Below, in pieces: positions 5,705-8,021 of a stretch of 8,021 nt of DNA. A program made the position numbers and the translations under genes. Numbering within the stretch: position 1 is the stretch's first letter; each line of letters starts with the position of its first letter. This stretch comes from a virus (lineage: Duplodnaviria > Heunggongvirae > Uroviricota > Caudoviricetes): IMG/VR virus record IMGVR_UViG_2778261358_000014; one strand, given 5' to 3'. Under the pieces are notes generated by a model. That model did not search any database, was not told the origin of the DNA, and saw only the letters and a list, made by a program, of their open reading frames with translations.

Positions 5705-5871
5705 CACCATTAGAAAAACGTTCGCCTCCATACCAAATGCGATTACCGGAAGACTTCAGAGCGCAGCTAGAAGAAGCAGCTAAGGCCGATGGCGACACAT
5801 CTTTAGCCACTTGGATTAAACGCGTTCTCCGCAAAGAATTACAGCAACGCGGCATAGAACCCAAAGGATAA
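5698..5871 (+). CDS. Ribbon-helix-helix (Arc/MetJ/CopG-type) DNA-binding protein, 57 aa; candidate island repressor. Not in the ORF track
   Basis: Translation MSTPLEKRSPPYQMRLPEDFRAQLEEAAKADGDTSLATWIKRVLRKELQQRGIEPKG has the Arc-type pattern (beta-strand MRLPEDF, then two helices). AAGGG RBS upstream. Palindromic operators lie immediately upstream. Divergent from the replication operon. Confidence 0.65.
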   Translation: MSTPLEKRSPPYQMRLPEDFRAQLEEAAKADGDTSLATWIKRVLRKELQQRGIEPKG

Positions 5872-5928
5872 AAACTATCAGCGCCGTGGTGTGAGGTATT
5901 ACGGCGCATTGCTATGCAGGACAACACA

Positions 5929-6102
5929 ATGACCGATAAAGAATTGACCAAAACATTATCACCGGCACGGAAAAGACGGCGCAGAAAGATAGAGCATGAA
6001 TCAGAAAGATTCGCGCCATGTGCTTTTGCCCTTGAGCAATTCCTTAAAGAGTACAGGGAAAAGCGCTCATTGCAGGTATGGCAACGAACTGAACCAGACT
6101 GA
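5929..6102 (+). CDS. Hypothetical small basic protein (57 aa) downstream of the RHH gene
   Basis: ATG at 5929 preceded by AGGAC (7-nt spacer). R/K-rich stretch (SPARKRRRRK). Same transcription unit as the RHH gene, ending at the terminator at 6198. Coding status uncertain. Confidence 0.3.
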   Translation: MTDKELTKTLSPARKRRRRKIEHESERFAPCAFALEQFLKEYREKRSLQVWQRTEPD

Positions 6103-6197
6103 TTGCATTGCCCACCAGCCTGATAGCGGCTATCATCCCCGTGCTTATGTTTGGGATCACATACACATAAGGCGCAGCGGGTTAATTGTTCAGAAAG

Positions 6198-6224
6198 GCG
6201 GCTCCATATCGGGGCCGCTTTTTT
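6198..6224 (+). terminator. Rho-independent terminator between the convergent RHH unit and alpA, possibly bidirectional
   Basis: Stem GCGGCTCC / GGGGCCGC (8 bp including one G-U pair, 5-nt loop) followed by TTTTTT (6219-6224). The alpA stop is at 6251 on the opposite strand. Confidence 0.65.
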
Positions 6225-6250
6225 CGTGTTTGTCATATCTGTGATACCCG

Positions 6251-6457
6251 TTAAGCAGCCGTTCCGCGTGCTTCCTCTTCGCGTTCTTTCTGCCAGGACA
6301 ACACATCATCCTCATACCATCCGCGACGGCGTAAACCAACGCGAAAACCCTGCGGAAATTCTCCGGCGTTGATCATGCTTTGCAGCGTGCTGTCTGCCTT
6401 GATGTGGATAATTTTTTTTACTTCCTGGCGAAAGATAATTTTTCTGATTGCTTCCAT
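6251..6457 (-). CDS. alpA: AlpA/Vis-family transcriptional regulator (excisionase-like MerR-type HTH), 68 aa
   Basis: Motif ...LQSMINAGEFPQGFRVGLRRRGWYEDDVLSWQ matches the AlpA signature (FP...G.R..GW.E.DV..W). RBS AAGGT upstream of ATG 6457. Located next to a P4-type integrase, as in P4 (Vis) and CP4-57 (AlpA). Confidence 0.8.
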   Translation of the reverse strand: MEAIRKIIFRQEVKKIIHIKADSTLQSMINAGEFPQGFRVGLRRRGWYEDDVLSWQKEREEEARGTAA

Positions 6458-6534
6458 CGTGATTTACCTTGTGAATCCGGTGTATTCCGGTGACAAATAC
6501 GGTAAATCATCGGATATGGGTAAAAACAGTTCCC

Positions 6535-6562
6535 ACCGTTTTTAAACGGTATACACCGTTTT
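6535..6562. promoter_or_regulatory. ACCGTTT half-site repeats (inverted pair plus a third direct copy) upstream of alpA; candidate operator
   Basis: ACCGTTT-tt-AAACGGT at 6535-6550 and ACCGTTTTTT at 6555-6562, lying between the integrase-side terminator and the alpA start. Confidence 0.35.
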
Positions 6563-6590
6563 TTATATTGATGATTTGAAATGGAATTAT

Positions 6591-6613
6591 AAAAAAAGCG
6601 GCATTTCTGCCGC
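6591..6613 (-). terminator. Rho-independent terminator for the integrase transcript
   Basis: Hairpin GCGGCA-ttt-CTGCCGC (6598-6613) followed on the minus strand by a T7 run (plus-strand A-run 6591-6597). Confidence 0.6.
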
Positions 6614-6624
6614 TTCCAGGATTG

Positions 6625-6807
6625 TTACCGCCATTTTTTGGGCCTGCCTCCGATCTTCATAGATGCCGGACGTACGACCTTATCAATACTTACCGCCAGA
6701 TTTCTGGAAGCGCCACGGGATACCAGAAAATCTACTACCTGTTTTTTTGATGGGGCCGTCGTTCTGTCCTCCGGATCGTAGGTTGACCAAAATTCATGCT
6801 GAACCAT
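6625..6807 (-). CDS. Hypothetical small basic protein (60 aa) translationally coupled to the 3' end of the integrase
   Basis: Its ATG (6807..6805) overlaps the integrase stop TGA (6809..6807) as ATGA. The frame ends 12 nt before the terminator. The ORF track's longer version (from 6855) overlaps the integrase coding sequence. Confidence 0.3.
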   Translation of the reverse strand: MVQHEFWSTYDPEDRTTAPSKKQVVDFLVSRGASRNLAVSIDKVVRPASMKIGGRPKKWR

Positions 6808-8021
6808 CAGGGCCAGTTGCAGCCCGTCGCCGCAGCCTCGACAAATTCGCCCCACCAGCGCATCAGCACGATGCGTTTTTCTATGTAGTTGCTCCGGTTG
6901 TATGCCCGTCTAACTTCGTTGGTGTCGACGTGGGCAAGTGCCGCCTCTATTACGTCCGGCTCGAATCCTTCCTCGTTCGCTGCTGTGCTGAATATGGCGC
7001 GTAATCCATGAGACACCAGCACGCCAGCGAATCCCATACGCCGCAATGCTGCGTTAGCTGTCTGGCTGTTCATCGGCTGCTGTGGGTCTTTCAGACTTGG
7101 GAAAACGTAATTGCGGTGGTGGCTGATTGGTTTCATGGCCTCCAGCACCGCCATAGCCTGACCGGAAAGCGGGATAACGTGATCCCTGCGCATCTTCATG
7201 CGTCCGGCAGGTATCGTCCATTGCTTCGCGTCCAGGTTGATTTCATCCCACCGCGTTGATGACGCTTCGGCGGGACGGGTTACGGTCAGTAACTGCCATT
7301 CAATCAGTAATCTGGTCTGCCGTTCTGTTGCCGATACTGATAAAGCCTGCATAAGCTCGGGCAGCTGTTCGGGGCGGATTGTTGGCATATGTTTTTTTAC
7401 AGGTGAGGGAAACGCCTTACGCACATTCATAGCCGGATTGGCATCAATCAGCCCACTGTTGGCGGCGTAATCCATTACCTCATTAACGCGCTGTAAAACC
7501 CGCTTGAGTGTTTCCAGGTTGCCGCGCTCCTTGATGGGGGTAAGCACTTCAACGAACCTTCGGGCGGTGAGGGTATCTATTGGCGTGTTGCCGATGAACG
7601 GGAATACATATTTATCCAGCGAACGCCAGATGTCTTTAATCGTGTTGGGGGCCAGATTCTGGCTGATTTTCACCTGGTACCATGCCGCCGCCACATTTTC
7701 GAACGTGTTCCCTTGTCTTCGGGCCTCTGTCTCTCTTTTTTGCCTCTCGTGGTCCTGCGGGTCAGTTCCGGCACTGATTAACGTCCTGTACTCGCTACGG
7801 CGTTTTCTGGCATCAGCCAGGGAAACATCTTCAAGCGATCCAAAACTCAGCAATATTCTTTTTTTGTCCGATGGTCGGTAGTAGGAAAATCTCCAGAGTT
7901 TTGATCCAGACGGTTTGACCAGGAGAAAAAGCCCTCCGCCGTCCTGCAGGGTGTACTCCTTTTGCGCTGGTCTGGCTGCTTTGATCTGCACTGTGGTTAA
8001 TGGGTGTGTTTTTCTCGCCAT
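6807..8021 (-). CDS. int: Tyrosine site-specific integrase, P4-type, 404 aa (complete; ATG is the last three bases of the window)
   Basis: N-terminus MARKTHPLTTVQIKAARPAQKEYTLQDGGGLFLLVKPSGSKLWRFSYY is the characteristic P4-integrase N-terminal (arm-binding) motif. The C-terminus carries HGLRAIF (HxxR) and the VRRAYNRSNYIEKR region with the catalytic Tyr. Confidence 0.9.
   Translation of the reverse strand: MARKTHPLTTVQIKAARPAQKEYTLQDGGGLFLLVKPSGSKLWRFSYYRPSDKKRILLSFGSLEDVSLADARKRRSEYRTLISAGTDPQDHERQKRETEARRQGNTFENVAAAWYQVKISQNLAPNTIKDIWRSLDKYVFPFIGNTPIDTLTARRFVEVLTPIKERGNLETLKRVLQRVNEVMDYAANSGLIDANPAMNVRKAFPSPVKKHMPTIRPEQLPELMQALSVSATERQTRLLIEWQLLTVTRPAEASSTRWDEINLDAKQWTIPAGRMKMRRDHVIPLSGQAMAVLEAMKPISHHRNYVFPSLKDPQQPMNSQTANAALRRMGFAGVLVSHGLRAIFSTAANEEGFEPDVIEAALAHVDTNEVRRAYNRSNYIEKRIVLMRWWGEFVEAAATGCNWP

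Larger units (their letters stand above)
1..8021. mobile_element. Partial integrative phage-satellite island (P4-like integrase/AlpA arm with replication and packaging modules); boundaries lie outside the window
   Basis: Gene content and order: integrase, AlpA, switch region, Rep helicase plus iterons, TerS, capsid-like protein, nearly all on the minus strand with translationally coupled small ORFs. No att site or tRNA is seen in the window. Confidence 0.6.

Noticed and set aside
5007-6236. 409-aa minus-strand ORF from the six-frame track
   Set aside because: It runs antisense through the well-supported RHH gene and through two terminators and the promoter region. Only the part downstream of the RBS-preceded ATG at 5567 is plausible coding; the rest is a GC-rich open frame without signals.
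5996-6372. Plus-strand ORFs 5996..6244 and 6151..6372
   Set aside because: One runs through the plus-strand terminator and the other is antisense to alpA. No RBS and implausible composition.
6663-7881. Plus-strand ORFs of 83-125 aa
   Set aside because: Antisense to the integrase gene, which has strong family signatures. Shadow ORFs.
7900-8021. Attachment site or tRNA next to the integrase
   Set aside because: The integrase start codon is the last three bases of the window, so any att site or tRNA lies outside the sequence and cannot be called.

Overview
This window reads as one arm of an integrated phage satellite (P4-like / PICI-type chromosomal island), probably from an enterobacterial host. 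Almost all genes run on the minus strand, starting from a complete P4-family tyrosine integrase at the right edge (6807..8021). Moving leftwards there is an AlpA/Vis-type regulator, then a small convergent plus-strand unit encoding an Arc/CopG-type ribbon-helix-helix (RHH) protein. A promoter/operator switch region follows, leading into a tightly packed leftward operon: a repeat-containing leader ORF, four small hypothetical ORFs, and a RepA-like helicase (Walker A GASGSYKS). Immediately downstream of the helicase is an iteron array (CCCCACTTTT motifs flanking an AT-rich core) that I take to be the island origin. After a terminator comes a separate packaging module: small ORFs, a small terminase subunit (TerS) with internal GTAAC repeats, and a 308-aa putative HK97-like capsid protein. 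No tRNA or att site is visible; it would lie beyond the right edge. The most unusual region is 5340..5710, where two overlapping convergent transcription units each end in their own intrinsic terminator, combined with tandem paralogous coding repeats. I interpret this as a candidate antisense/attenuation immunity module gating the replication operon, but this is inference. All calls come from reading the sequence by eye; no database search or folding computation was run.
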